From: Christensenella sp. UBA1214
GTDB lineage: Bacteria; Bacillota; Clostridia; Christensenellales; CAG-138
Reading direction: 5' to 3'
NCBI GenBank assembly: GCA_002309375.1
Contig: DBXK01000041.1
Coordinates: 2,001 to 66,000 of the forward strand
DNA: 64,000 nt
A program made the position numbers and the translations under genes. Within the stretch, counting starts at the first letter, position 1; every line of letters begins with the position of its first letter. The notes below the pieces were generated by a model. It ran no database searches and was not told the origin of the DNA. It saw nothing but the letters and a program-made list of their open reading frames with translations. Positions 8,473 through 17,816 of this stretch are shown piece after piece.

Positions 8473-9765
8473 TCATTTCATTCTGATCAGCTTCTCCGCT
8501 TCAGAGAGCGGAACGCCCCTTTCCCGCGCGATGCGGGCAAGGTCGTCGTATTCGTATTTCACCTTCTCCGTGCCGAAGCCCTCCGAAACCTTTCTGCGGA
8601 CGAGCCCGAACTGCGTTTCGACCGTTTCGATCCTCCGCGAGAGCACGTGCCGCGTGACGGCGCTTTCGCGGATCCCGAGCGTGGTCGTATGGGCGAACAT
8701 TGCCTCGATCAGCCCCTGCTTTTCGCTTTCCGCGCAGATAACGGCGATCAGCGTTCCCGGGCGGGATTTCTTCATGCCGACCGGAACGGTGTAAACGTCC
8801 CTCGCGCCGGCCTCGAAGAGCTTTTCTTCGGCAAAACCGATCTGCTCCGCCGTCATGTCGTCCACGTTGCATTCAAGGCGGAAGATCCTTTCCGCGCCGC
8901 CGCCCTCGCTGCCGAATATGGCGCGCACGCAGTTTGCCTGCGGGAAATCCTTCCTGCCCATGCCATAGCCGATCCCCTCGGCGGTCATGGCGGGCTGCGG
9001 GCCGAATTCGTTTACGAAATGCTTCAAAAGCGCCGCGCCGGTCGGGGTGCAGAGCTCGCCGCGGAGCTCGCCGCCATAGGTCGGCACGCCGAGCAGGATA
9101 TGCGCGGTCGCAGGGGCGGGCACGGGCAGTATGCCGTGCGCACAGTGAACGTGGCCGCTGCCGACGTGGACGGGGGAGGCGATTATGCGGTCCGGCGCGA
9201 GCATTTCGATCAAAAGCGAGACCGCCGCAACGTCCGCGACCGCGTCCAGCGTTCCGACCTCGTGGAAATGAATATCCGAAACCGGCACGCCGTGCGCCTT
9301 CGATTCGGCGTCCGCGATCAGCGCATAGACGGCGGAAGCATCCTTTTTGACCTTATCGGAAAGCGGCAGCGCGCCGATGATCGCCTCGATATCCCCGAGG
9401 CTGCTGTGGTGATGCTCATGATGATGCTCATGTTCGTGCTCATGCTCATGACAATGCTCATGCTCGTGTTCGTGTTCATGGCAATGCTCGTGCTCATGGC
9501 AATGCTCGTGATGATGCTCATGCTCGTGCTCGTGATCATGGTGATGTTCGTGCTCCTCCGCGCCGTCCACAGCAATGCGCATATGCGTTCCGGTGATGCC
9601 GCATTTAACGGAGGGTTCGGCGGCGACGGTCACGCCGGGCAGGCCGAGCGAATTCATTTTTTCGATGAAAGCGGCCTTTTTTTCATCGGGCAGCAGCTCA
9701 TAGAGCGCGGCGGAGAGCATATCGCCGGCGGCGCCCATGGAAAGATCGAGATATAAGGTCTTCAT
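8473..9765 (-). CDS. larC: Nickel insertion protein LarC (NPN-cofactor nickel chelatase), single fused ORF
   Basis: MKTLYLDLSMGAAGDMLSAAL N-terminus and a central His-rich tract. The C-terminal LarC2-like part is in the same frame. Start at ATG 9765. Confidence 0.85.
   Translation of the reverse strand: MKTLYLDLSMGAAGDMLSAALYELLPDEKKAAFIEKMNSLGLPGVTVAAEPSVKCGITGTHMRIAVDGAEEHEHHHDHEHEHEHHHEHCHEHEHCHEHEHEHEHCHEHEHEHEHHHEHHHSSLGDIEAIIGALPLSDKVKKDASAVYALIADAESKAHGVPVSDIHFHEVGTLDAVADVAAVSLLIEMLAPDRIIASPVHVGSGHVHCAHGILPVPAPATAHILLGVPTYGGELRGELCTPTGAALLKHFVNEFGPQPAMTAEGIGYGMGRKDFPQANCVRAIFGSEGGGAERIFRLECNVDDMTAEQIGFAEEKLFEAGARDVYTVPVGMKKSRPGTLIAVICAESEKQGLIEAMFAHTTTLGIRESAVTRHVLSRRIETVETQFGLVRRKVSEGFGTEKVKYEYDDLARIARERGVPLSEAEKLIRMK
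9405..9556 (-). repeat. Low-complexity His/Glu/Cys coding tract inside larC
   Basis: Encodes HEHHHDHEHEHEHHHEHCHEHEHCHEHEHEHEHCHEHEHEHEHHHEHHH, seen as near-tandem CATGAGCA/CGTGCTCATG units in the DNA. Confidence 0.9.
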
Positions 9766-9976
9766 TGCAAAACATCCTTCCGCCCGCAATGCGCGGGCTT
9801 TGTTAACTGCGTTATAACATGAACCGGCGGCAATGTCAACCCGCGCGGCGAAACGGGATTTATTTCCCGTTTTTTCCGCTCCGGTGTTCCAATTCCCGCC
9901 AGGCTGTGTTATAATAAATTATGTATGTGTCTGCACCGATCCGTGCAGAGAATGAAATCATCCGGAGGCTTCAGCT

Positions 9977-10969
9977 TTGAAACTCTTCTTCAGCAAGCTC
10001 CTCGCCGGCTTCGTGATCGGCGCCGGAGCGATCATCCCCGGCCTCAGCGGCGGTATCCTTGCCGTTTCGATGGGCATTTACCAGAAAACGATCGAGGCCG
10101 TGACGGGCTTCTTCAAGGCGCCGAAAAAGAACTTCCGGTTCCTCCTGCCGCTCATTATCGGCGGCGGCATCGGCTGGCTGGTGTTCATGTTCCTGATCGA
10201 TAAGACCTTTGCGAAGTATCAGACCGAGGTCATCAGCATCTTCCTCGGCCTCGTTGTCGGCAGCATCCCGAGCTTTATCTCCGAAGCGAACGACGGGAAG
10301 CCCTTCAAACCGACGAGCCTCGTTTATACGCTGATCGGCTTTGCTTTCGCGTTCGCTCTGGTTTTGTGCTCGCTGTTTATGGGCGATACCGCCGTCGGTG
10401 CGCAGCGCGAAATGACGCCGCTGCTTGCCCTCGTCTGCGGCGCGGTCGTGATGTTCGGCGTCGTGACCCCCGGCGTCAGCACGTCGTTCATCATCATCAA
10501 CATGAACTGCTATAATAGTTTCCTGAATGTTTTTGCGCATTTCTTCGATGATCCCGGGAAGAATTTAGTCTTTGCCGGGTTCACGGCGCTCGGGTTCCTG
10601 CTTGTTGCCGTTCCGATGCTCCTTCTTGCGCGCACGATGCTGCGGAAGTTCCATCGCCAGAGCTTCTATTTCCTCTTCGGCTTCCTGCTTGCGACCCTCG
10701 TCGGCTGCATCATCCAGGAATCGATCCGCCCGCGCACGGAAGCGCTCACCGCGCTCAATATCGCGATCATCGCCGTGCTGTTCATCGTCGGCGCCGTGAT
10801 CTCCTTTGTTATGGAGCGCGCAATGAAGAAGATGGAGCTGCACGAGGCGGAGGAGAATGCCGAAGCCGGTGAAGACGCCGGGAAGCCCGCGGAGGTGCTC
10901 GAGGAACTTGAGGAGCTGAAAACCGGCGACGTAAAGCCGGAAACGGAAAAACCCGCGGAAAACAAATAA
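9977..10969 (+). CDS. DUF368 family membrane protein (family recently linked to undecaprenyl-phosphate recycling) with acidic C-terminal tail
   Basis: GAGAIIPGLSGGILAV motif and multiple TM segments. TTG start with GGAGG 8 nt upstream. Tail is HEAEENAEAGEDAGKPAEVLEELEELK. Confidence 0.75.
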   Translation: MKLFFSKLLAGFVIGAGAIIPGLSGGILAVSMGIYQKTIEAVTGFFKAPKKNFRFLLPLIIGGGIGWLVFMFLIDKTFAKYQTEVISIFLGLVVGSIPSFISEANDGKPFKPTSLVYTLIGFAFAFALVLCSLFMGDTAVGAQREMTPLLALVCGAVVMFGVVTPGVSTSFIIINMNCYNSFLNVFAHFFDDPGKNLVFAGFTALGFLLVAVPMLLLARTMLRKFHRQSFYFLFGFLLATLVGCIIQESIRPRTEALTALNIAIIAVLFIVGAVISFVMERAMKKMELHEAEENAEAGEDAGKPAEVLEELEELKTGDVKPETEKPAENK

Positions 10970-11002
10970 AACCTTCTTAACGGGGGAGAAAGAGGCAAGA
11001 CC

Positions 11003-12181
11003 ATGCTGACCAAAACCGATGTGAAAGCCGAGCTGCACCGCTTCGGAGGCAGCGGCAAGCTTATTGTCGGCCGCGCGGAGGACTTCGATCCGGCGGAAAA
11101 CGATCTTTCGGGGAAGGTCCGGCTCATCTACCTCGATCCGCCCTTCGGTTCCGGCGGGAGCTATGAATTCAAGGACAAAACGGCGGTCCGCGCGTACAGC
11201 GACAGGCAGAGCGCGGACGAATACCTCGCCATGATGCGCACCGTCCTTGAAAAATGCCGCGAGCTGCTTTCGGATACAGGCTCGATCTACGTCCATATCG
11301 ACTACCGTATGAGCGGCAGGATCCGCAGCCTGATGGACGAAATATTCGGCGAGGACAACCTGATGAACGAGATCATCTGGTCCTACCGTTCCGGCGGCCG
11401 CTCGACGAAGCATTATTCGCGAAAGCACGACACGATCCTTTTCTACCGCAAGACCAAGCGCGTTTATTTCAATATCGAGGCGACCGGCTCCCCGCGCGGG
11501 AACGTCCGCCGCAACCATATGAAGCGCCGCGCCGATGAAGATGGCCGGATCTATTTCTCCATCCGCTCCGGCGGCAAGGAATACCGCTATTATGAGGACG
11601 ATCTCGTCTTCCCGAGCGACGTTTGGGACGATATCGAGCATCTCCACCAGCGCGATCCGGAGCGCACGGGCTTCACGACACAGAAGCCGGAGGCGCTGCT
11701 CCGCCGCATCATTTCCGCCTCCTCGCGCGAGGGGGATCTCGCTATGGACTTCTTCTCCGGCAGCGGAACGACGGCCGCTGTCGCCGCCGCGCTGGATCGG
11801 CGCTTCATCTGCTGCGACTGCGGCGAAGCGGCGCTCTTTGCTTCCCGCCGCAGGCTGATCGAACAGGCGCGGAGCACCGATCTTTTCAACGAGGAAAAGA
11901 GCTTCACCGTCAGCTACGACGATCCCGCCGCAATGCAGACGCTCACGGAGCCGGAAAAGCTCGTTCTGATCACTCCGGCGCTCGGCGGCTGCTTCGTGAC
12001 CGTGCCGGGCACGGCCGAGGGCCCCGCGTTCCTCGCCTCCGGAAGGATCGAGAACGGCGTATTTATTGCCGAGGACTGCATCCTCCGCCCGAAGAAGAAC
12101 GACGAAATATTCATCCCCGTCGGCCGCGCGCTGCATATCGTCGGCGCGGACTGCACGCAGGGCTTCTTTACGGTGGAATAA
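11003..12181 (+). CDS. Site-specific DNA N6-adenine methyltransferase, beta-class (motif IV before motif I), apparently orphan
   Basis: LIYLDPPFGSG (DPPF catalytic motif) is followed about 190 aa later by FTTQKPEALLRRII...DFFSGSGTTAAVA (AdoMet-binding FxGxG). No nuclease gene lies on either side. Confidence 0.8.
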   Translation: MLTKTDVKAELHRFGGSGKLIVGRAEDFDPAENDLSGKVRLIYLDPPFGSGGSYEFKDKTAVRAYSDRQSADEYLAMMRTVLEKCRELLSDTGSIYVHIDYRMSGRIRSLMDEIFGEDNLMNEIIWSYRSGGRSTKHYSRKHDTILFYRKTKRVYFNIEATGSPRGNVRRNHMKRRADEDGRIYFSIRSGGKEYRYYEDDLVFPSDVWDDIEHLHQRDPERTGFTTQKPEALLRRIISASSREGDLAMDFFSGSGTTAAVAAALDRRFICCDCGEAALFASRRRLIEQARSTDLFNEEKSFTVSYDDPAAMQTLTEPEKLVLITPALGGCFVTVPGTAEGPAFLASGRIENGVFIAEDCILRPKKNDEIFIPVGRALHIVGADCTQGFFTVE

Positions 12182-12197
12182 GACTAACGGAACAGAC

Positions 12198-12228
12198 AAA
12201 AAGAACCGCTTACATGCGGTTCTTTAAT
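12198..12228. terminator. Bidirectional hairpin terminator between the methyltransferase and MATE genes
   Basis: AAAGAACCGC-ttacat-GCGGTTCTTT flanked by A- and T-runs. Confidence 0.7.
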
Positions 12229-12242
12229 TATTTGCGGTTTTT

Positions 12243-13646
12243 TCATCCCTGATCCCTGACGATATTCACGACCCATTTTCTGCTCCGCACGAAGAAGAAG
12301 CCGATGACGCATTTGATCAACTCCAGCGAGCAGCAGATCATATACATCGGGAGGATCGGGAGCGAGGTGAAGCGGCTCAGGCAGAATGCGACCGGGATGC
12401 AGAGCGCCCAGACGTAGCAGCTGTCGAAAAGCATCGTGATCTTCGTCTGCCCGCCCGAGCGCAGGGTGAAATAGCAGGCGTGAGTGAAGGAATAGAAGGG
12501 CATCATGAACGCCGCGACCCAAAGGAAGCGGGTCGCAAGCCGCATGACCTCCTCGCTCGTATTGTAAAGCCGCGGGATGAACGGCGCGGAAACGGCGAGC
12601 GCGGCGCCGAAGAACAGGCAGGTGCAGACGGAAAGCGCAATGATCTTCCGGTCCGTTTCCACCGCTTCCTCGAGCTTGTTCGCGCCGAGCAGATTGCCGA
12701 CGATGATGCCGATCGATGAACCGATGGACATGAAAACGATGTTGAAAAGGTTGGAGACCGTGCTCGAAATGTTCTGCGCGGCGACGGCGGAAAGCCCGCG
12801 CGTCGAATAGCACTGGCTCATGACCGTGATTCCGAGCGACCAGAGCGCCTCGTTCAAAAGCAGGGGAGTGCCCTTTTTGATGATCTCCTTCGTGAGCTTC
12901 CAGGGAACGCGGAGCGAGCGGTAAACGCCGCCGAAGAACGGGAAGCGCTTCGTGTGGGTGTGGGCGTAGACGGCGATGATGCCGAGCTCCACAAAGCGGG
13001 AGATGACCGTTGCGATCGCAGCGCCGACAACGCCGAGGGCGGGGAAGCCGAGCTTGCCGAAGATCAGAAGATAGTTGAAAAGAAGGTTCACGAGCACAGC
13101 CGTGCCGCTGCCGACCATCGGGACGAAGGTCTCGCCCGTTTCGCGAAGGGACGAGGCGTAGCACTGCGCGAAGGCGTAGGGAACGAGCCCGAGCAGCATG
13201 ATCATCACGTATTTGCTGCCTTCGGCAAGGGTGAGAGCGAGGTCGCCCTCCGATTCGCTTTCATGCAGGAAGAGCTTCAAAAGCGGCTCATGGAAGAAGC
13301 CGAGGATAACGAGCGCCGCTGCACAGACGAGGGCGCAGGTGATGAGCTTGAAGCGGAGCACGTTCCTGACGCCGTTCATATCCTTCTTGCCGGCGAACTG
13401 CGCGCCGAAGATGCTCGCGCCGGAAAGCCCGCCGAAGATCGTGAGATTGAAAACGAAAATCAGCTGATTCGCGATCGCAACGCCGCTCATCTGCTCCGTG
13501 CCCATCCGCCCGACCATCAGGTTGTCGAGCACGCTGACGAACTGGCTGATGCCGTTCTGGACGACGACCGGGATGATGATCGCGAGCGCCGCTTTATAAA
13601 ACGCTTTATCTCCTATGAACTTTTTAAGAAATCCCCGCTTCCGCAT
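12243..13646 (-). CDS. MATE family efflux transporter
   Basis: 467 aa with about 12 TM segments and MATE-typical N-terminus (IIPVVVQNGISQFVSVLDNLMVGRMG). Confidence 0.85.
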   Translation of the reverse strand: MRKRGFLKKFIGDKAFYKAALAIIIPVVVQNGISQFVSVLDNLMVGRMGTEQMSGVAIANQLIFVFNLTIFGGLSGASIFGAQFAGKKDMNGVRNVLRFKLITCALVCAAALVILGFFHEPLLKLFLHESESEGDLALTLAEGSKYVMIMLLGLVPYAFAQCYASSLRETGETFVPMVGSGTAVLVNLLFNYLLIFGKLGFPALGVVGAAIATVISRFVELGIIAVYAHTHTKRFPFFGGVYRSLRVPWKLTKEIIKKGTPLLLNEALWSLGITVMSQCYSTRGLSAVAAQNISSTVSNLFNIVFMSIGSSIGIIVGNLLGANKLEEAVETDRKIIALSVCTCLFFGAALAVSAPFIPRLYNTSEEVMRLATRFLWVAAFMMPFYSFTHACYFTLRSGGQTKITMLFDSCYVWALCIPVAFCLSRFTSLPILPMYMICCSLELIKCVIGFFFVRSRKWVVNIVRDQG

Positions 13647-13804
13647 CGCTTTCTCCGCAGTCAGGCATATTTTTCAATAGCATACCATTTTTCGCCTTCC
13701 AATGGAACAGCGGAAGCGGCATTTTCTGAAAATATACTCAGTGGAGCGGATCTGAAGCCGATTTGAGCAAAATCTGCGTGAAACGCTTGAGTGCCGCACG
13801 CTTT

Positions 13805-13815
13805 TGTGGTATAAT
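13805..13815 (+). promoter_or_regulatory. Extended -10 element TGTGGTATAAT upstream of ireB
   Basis: Exact TGTGGTATAAT lies about 45 nt upstream of ATG 13858. Confidence 0.5.
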
Positions 13816-13857
13816 ATAAATTGACGGGATATTTGAACCGATCAACCAAGGAGGTTT

Positions 13858-14157
13858 ATGGCAGTGGACGAAAGAAACAACAGGACCAAGACCGATCTCG
13901 GAAATACGATCACCTTTGACCGTCCGAACGAAAAGCATACGGCCCACGAGGTGCTGATGAGCGTTTATTATTCCCTCCGCCAGAAGGGTTACGATCCGAT
14001 GAATCAGCTCGTCGGCTATCTGCTTTCCGGCGACCCGACTTACGTCACGAGCTATAACAACGCGAGGTATCTGATCCGCACGATGGAGCGGGATGAGCTG
14101 ATCGAGGAGCTCGTGCGCGCTTATATCGAGCAGTATGCCGGGGACGACACGCTTTGA
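13858..14157 (+). CDS. ireB: IreB family regulatory phosphoprotein (UPF0297)
   Basis: [39 protein letters not shown] is the conserved IreB core. Confidence 0.85.
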   Translation: MAVDERNNRTKTDLGNTITFDRPNEKHTAHEVLMSVYYSLRQKGYDPMNQLVGYLLSGDPTYVTSYNNARYLIRTMERDELIEELVRAYIEQYAGDDTL

Positions 14158-15101
14158 TCTATCATGAACTCGGCAAAACGGGCATAACGGTTTCGAAGCT
14201 CTGCTTCGGTTCGCTCACGATGGGGCCTTTCCAGCGGGATCTGACGCCCGCGCAGGGGGCAGCCCTGTTCGAGCGCGCCTTCGATCTCGGCGTCAACTTC
14301 GTCGACACGGCGGAGATCTACGGAACGTATCCCCATGTCCGCGAGGCGATCAGGCTGAAGCCGGATCTCATCGTCTGCTCGAAGAGCTATGCATACGACC
14401 GCGAAGGCGCGGAGCGGAGCCTCATAAAAGCCCTTTCCGGCATCGGCAGGGACTATATCGACGTTTTCCTGATGCATGAGCAGGAGAGCATCCATACGAT
14501 CCGCGGCCACCGCGAAGCCCTCGAATACTATATCGAGATGATGCGCAAGGGCTATATCCGCGCCGTCGGCCTTTCCACGCACTATATCGCCTGCATGGAC
14601 GGCGCGCTGACCCATCCGGAGCTGCAGGTGCTGTTCCCTCTTATCAATAAAAGGGGCATCGGCATCGCGGACGGAACTTCCGATGAAATGCTCGAAAGGA
14701 TCCGCCTCGCCCACGCGCAGGGCAGGGGCATCATCGCGATGAAGCCGCTCGGCGGCGGGCATCTGATCTCCGAAAGGGAGGAAGCCCTCGACTATATCCT
14801 GAACCTTGACGACTGCGTTGACACGATCGCGATCGGCATGCAGAGCATCAGCGAGGTCGAATACAACTGCGCGCGCTTCAGCGGCGAAACGCCCGATCCC
14901 GCCGTTGCGGAGGAGCTGAGCCGGAAAAAGCGCCGCCTGCTGATCCAGGAATGGTGCCAGGGCTGCGGCGCCTGCGTTGCCGCCTGCCATAACCACGCGC
15001 TGCATATCGAAAACGGGCGGGCGGTCGTCGACCCGGATAAATGCGCGCTCTGTACCTACTGCGCGCGAGCCTGCCCGCAATTCACGATCAAGGTCATCTG
15101 A
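14154..15101 (+). CDS. Aldo/keto reductase fused to a C-terminal 2x[4Fe-4S] ferredoxin-like domain
   Basis: AKR N-terminus ([19 protein letters not shown]...[11 protein letters not shown]). C-terminal [12 protein letters not shown]...[12 protein letters not shown]. The TTG start overlaps the ireB stop. Confidence 0.8.
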   Translation: MIYHELGKTGITVSKLCFGSLTMGPFQRDLTPAQGAALFERAFDLGVNFVDTAEIYGTYPHVREAIRLKPDLIVCSKSYAYDREGAERSLIKALSGIGRDYIDVFLMHEQESIHTIRGHREALEYYIEMMRKGYIRAVGLSTHYIACMDGALTHPELQVLFPLINKRGIGIADGTSDEMLERIRLAHAQGRGIIAMKPLGGGHLISEREEALDYILNLDDCVDTIAIGMQSISEVEYNCARFSGETPDPAVAEELSRKKRRLLIQEWCQGCGACVAACHNHALHIENGRAVVDPDKCALCTYCARACPQFTIKVI

Positions 15102-15182
15102 AGCTCCGCGGCATTCCGAAAACGGACTGCCGCTCATTTTTGGGCTTTTTTGCTTGTTTTGGGTTTGCCAAATACTTCCCGC

Positions 15183-15193
15183 TGTGGTAAAAT
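15183..15193 (+). promoter_or_regulatory. Extended -10 element TGTGGTAAAAT (with TTGCCA -35) upstream of the ECF sigma gene
   Basis: TTGCCA aatacttcccgctgtgg TAAAAT. Confidence 0.45.
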
Positions 15194-15292
15194 ATAAGAA
15201 CGGGCGTCCGACGGCGTAAAATACCGAAAAAACTTTTCGAAATATGGCAACCGTGTGGCGGCGCCGAGCGTTATTATAAATGGAGTGCGGAT

Positions 15293-15808
15293 TTGTCAGG
15301 AAGCAGTTTCGACAAAATCTATAGCGATTACTCCCGCCTTGTATACTGGGCGGCATACCGCGTTGTGGCTCAAAACGAGACTGCGGAGGACATCACTCAG
15401 CAGGTCTTCGAGCGGGCGTATCTCAACATGGATAAGCTCGGGCCGATGGCGGATTCCCAGATCAAGAGCTGGCTCTACCGCGTTGCGACCAACCTTGCGC
15501 TCGACCACGTCCGTCACCAGAAGCACGAAACGCTGAGCGATGAGCCGGTCGGCGCGGAGATCGCGGACACCGAGCCGCTTCCGGAAGAGGAACTGCTCAA
15601 AAAGAAGCGGATGGAAGCCGTCCGCAAGGCGATCGAACAGCTCGACGAAACGAACCGGACGATAATCACACTCCACTATTTCTCCGAGATGACCGTCAAC
15701 GAGATCTCGGAAAAAACGGGGATAAGCCCCGGCACCATTAAATCAAGGCTTGTACGTGCAAGGAGTCTGCTTGCTGACATGCTGAAAGCGGAGGCTGCAG
15801 AAGAATGA
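15293..15808 (+). CDS. ECF-type RNA polymerase sigma-70 family factor
   Basis: Region 2 (YSRLVYWAAYRVV...DITQQVFERAY) and region 4 (ITLHYFSEMTVNEISEKTGISPGTIKSRLVRAR). TTG start with a TGGAG SD. Confidence 0.85.
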   Translation: MSGSSFDKIYSDYSRLVYWAAYRVVAQNETAEDITQQVFERAYLNMDKLGPMADSQIKSWLYRVATNLALDHVRHQKHETLSDEPVGAEIADTEPLPEEELLKKKRMEAVRKAIEQLDETNRTIITLHYFSEMTVNEISEKTGISPGTIKSRLVRARSLLADMLKAEAAEE

Positions 15809-16554
15809 AAAAAGAACGCAAAATACAGCTCGTGACCGACGATTTCATCGAACCGCCGGGGGAGGAGCTGACGGGTGAGCAGGCGGAGATCGACGCTCTG
15901 CTGCGCGCCGTTGCGGATGACTGCAGCGCAAAGATAGATTTCGAAGGGATCAAACAGCGCGCCGTTGAATCGGCAAAGGCAAAGAAAGCGAAGCGCGGAA
16001 GGCTCAGAAGAGCCATCGGCTACGGCATGGTCGCCGCTGCGTCGCTGGTCGTCGGGCTTTTCGTCTGGCAGGCTGTCAAAGGCATGAACGAAAGGGTCCC
16101 GAACGGAGATGCTGTCGATGCACAGGCTGCCGAACGCAACGACGACGGCTTGACAAAGCATGATCCGATAGCCGACGTCAAGGTCTATGTCGGCACCGTT
16201 TCCGAAGCCGAGTACACGGCATTCCCCGAAACCGCCGATGAATTCTTCCCGGAGAATCTGCCGGAAACGATGAAGAAAAGAGTCGATACCGACGCCGTGA
16301 GGACCAGCGCGACCGGCACCGACACGAAGGGCGGTTCGCTCGATTATGTCTGCACCGTTGAAAAGGGCTGTGCAAAGGGCCTCGAGGTCGGCGAAGCCTG
16401 CTCGGAAAAGACGGGAGAGGATCTCTGGTATTACTGGCAGATCAACGAAAATCACTACCTCAAAGTCCGTTTTACCGGTTTCGATCAGGAGGATGCGGAG
16501 GCGATGTTCAAGTCCCTTGCCGACCGCATCACGATGCAGCAGAAGGATCGGTAA
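15805..16554 (+). CDS. Putative anti-sigma factor / single-pass membrane protein
   Basis: ATGA overlap with the sigma gene. One TM (AIGYGMVAAASLVVGLFVWQAV). No other recognisable domain. Confidence 0.55.
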   Translation: MKKERKIQLVTDDFIEPPGEELTGEQAEIDALLRAVADDCSAKIDFEGIKQRAVESAKAKKAKRGRLRRAIGYGMVAAASLVVGLFVWQAVKGMNERVPNGDAVDAQAAERNDDGLTKHDPIADVKVYVGTVSEAEYTAFPETADEFFPENLPETMKKRVDTDAVRTSATGTDTKGGSLDYVCTVEKGCAKGLEVGEACSEKTGEDLWYYWQINENHYLKVRFTGFDQEDAEAMFKSLADRITMQQKDR

Positions 16555-16583
16555 CCGCCGATAAACGATAAATATGCATAAAT

Positions 16584-16615
16584 AAAAGGCTTCTTCGGAA
16601 AGAAGAAGCCTTTTT
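16584..16615. terminator. Bidirectional hairpin terminator
   Basis: AAAAGGCTTCTTC-ggaaa-GAAGAAGCCTTTTT. Confidence 0.75.
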
Positions 16616-16649
16616 ACATCGGATAGAGTTTCGTTTTGCCTGCCGGCGG

Positions 16650-17264
16650 TCATAATATGTACGACAAATCGCTGATATTCCTTATGCGGCGTTTCCCGTC
16701 GCCGCCGATGAACATATGGGATACTCCTCCGGCCTGTCCGTGTATATCCGTATCGCAGCAGGACTCAACGGTCAGACCGAGAAACATCGCGTTCCAAATG
16801 CTCAAAAGATCGCCGTGCGAGACAATGATGACCGTTTCTTCATCGCTCTCCATGATTTCTTCATAAAAAGGCCGAAGGCGGTTCCATGCATCGCGTCTGC
16901 TCTCTCCGTCCGAGAACAGCCTGTCGTCGGCTGTCTTCTCCGGGCATTCGATATTATCACGAAGCCACTTCACGGACTTCCCGCAGCACCTTCCGAGATT
17001 CCTTTCTCTCAGCTCCCGCCTTGATATCGGCTCCGTACCCAGGTGCTTTGCGATCGCTTCCGCCGTCTGTTTCGCCCTCTTCAGATCAGAGGAAAACATG
17101 ACCGCTTTTTTCCCGGCAAGTTCAGCTTTGAGCTTTCTTCCGATATTGTCGGCCTGTTTCTTTCCGAGCTCGGTCAGATCCCAATCCGTCCATGAACCCA
17201 CCATTCCGTTTGTGTGATGAACGGACTGTGTGTGCTGAACAGTGATAATGTGCTTCATTTGCAT
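16650..17264 (-). CDS. Histidine phosphatase (phosphoglycerate mutase) family protein
   Basis: The sequence around VIIVSHGDLL resembles the family His motif. Start is ATG 17264 or 17258, downstream of AAGGGGGA. Confidence 0.75.
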   Translation of the reverse strand: MQMKHIITVQHTQSVHHTNGMVGSWTDWDLTELGKKQADNIGRKLKAELAGKKAVMFSSDLKRAKQTAEAIAKHLGTEPISRRELRERNLGRCCGKSVKWLRDNIECPEKTADDRLFSDGESRRDAWNRLRPFYEEIMESDEETVIIVSHGDLLSIWNAMFLGLTVESCCDTDIHGQAGGVSHMFIGGDGKRRIRNISDLSYIL

Positions 17265-17390
17265 TTTCCCCCTTCTCTTCGAGCCGAGATCGGAACCGTG
17301 CGGCGAGGTATTCGATCGTTTGGCGATGCGGTGCCTGCCCTTCATGTGCGGCCAGAACGCATTCTTTGCCCGGCATGGCGAACGTCATTG

Positions 17391-17427
17391 AAAAAGCAGT
17401 GATTTGGCGGACAAATCACTGCTTTTT
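17391..17427. terminator. Bidirectional terminator immediately downstream of tRNA-Thr
   Basis: AAAAAGCAGTGATTT-ggcggac-AAATCACTGCTTTTT, a 15-bp perfect stem. Confidence 0.85.
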
Positions 17428-17429
17428 CA

Positions 17430-17505
17430 TGGAGCTGGTGACGAGATTCGAACTCGTTACCTCGTCATTACCAATGACGTGCTCTACCTACTGAGCTACA
17501 CCAGC
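17430..17505 (-). tRNA. tRNA-Thr (anticodon GGT), CCA encoded
   Basis: The reverse complement reads GCTGGTG TA GCTCAGTAGGTAGAGC A CGTCA TTGGTAA TGACG AGGTA ACGAG TTCGAAT CTCGT CACCAGC T CCA. This is a canonical 76-nt cloverleaf. Confidence 0.9.
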
Positions 17506-17521
17506 GCACCGAACGTGTGAT

Positions 17522-17550
17522 ATTATAGCGGACTTTAACCTACTTTGCAA
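17522..17550 (-). promoter_or_regulatory. Consensus sigma-A promoter of tRNA-Thr (TTGCAA-17-TATAAT)
   Basis: The minus strand reads TTGCAA agtaggttaaagtccgc TATAAT, ending about 16 nt upstream of the tRNA 5' end. Confidence 0.7.
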
Positions 17551-17816
17551 GCCCTTTTTATAAAAATTATTATATATTTTGACTGATTTATCGGGCATTT
17601 TTCTGCGGCGCATGAGGCACTGCGGAAGACGGCGGAAACGGCAGTGGGGCGATATATGGGCGGGACGGATCAAATATACCGCAAAGATGCAAAAAAGCGG
17701 CAAAAAAACTTCGATTGACTGTTGAATTTACTTTCGCTTTCGGGTATAATGTATTAGTTGTTCTATGCCTTAAGAAGGCGGACTATGCGGATCCATCGGG
17801 ATCCCGGAGGTTTGAT

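Noticed and set aside
9405-9556. Short tandem repeats considered as a possible CRISPR or minisatellite
   Set aside because: The repeats are in-frame coding low complexity (His/Glu) with no spacer structure. The same applies to the PT-rich repeats at 26860-27125. No CRISPR-like repeat-spacer array exists in the window.
8647-9756. 369-aa plus-strand ORF antisense to larC (includes an MLMMMLMFVLMLM stretch)
   Set aside because: It is the mirror image of the His/Glu repeat of larC and has no independent signals.
10565-12199. 544-aa minus-strand ORF spanning the DUF368 and methyltransferase genes
   Set aside because: It runs antisense across two well-supported plus-strand genes and their junction, and its translation is compositionally biased.
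10970-13646. Restriction-modification or other defence system around the methyltransferase
   Set aside because: The neighbours are a DUF368 membrane protein and a MATE exporter. No nuclease, helicase or specificity subunit is present, so it is treated as an orphan methyltransferase.
14121-16653. Minus-strand ORFs 14121..15356 and 15676..16653
   Set aside because: They are antisense to the AKR-ferredoxin, ECF sigma and anti-sigma genes, which carry recognisable motifs.
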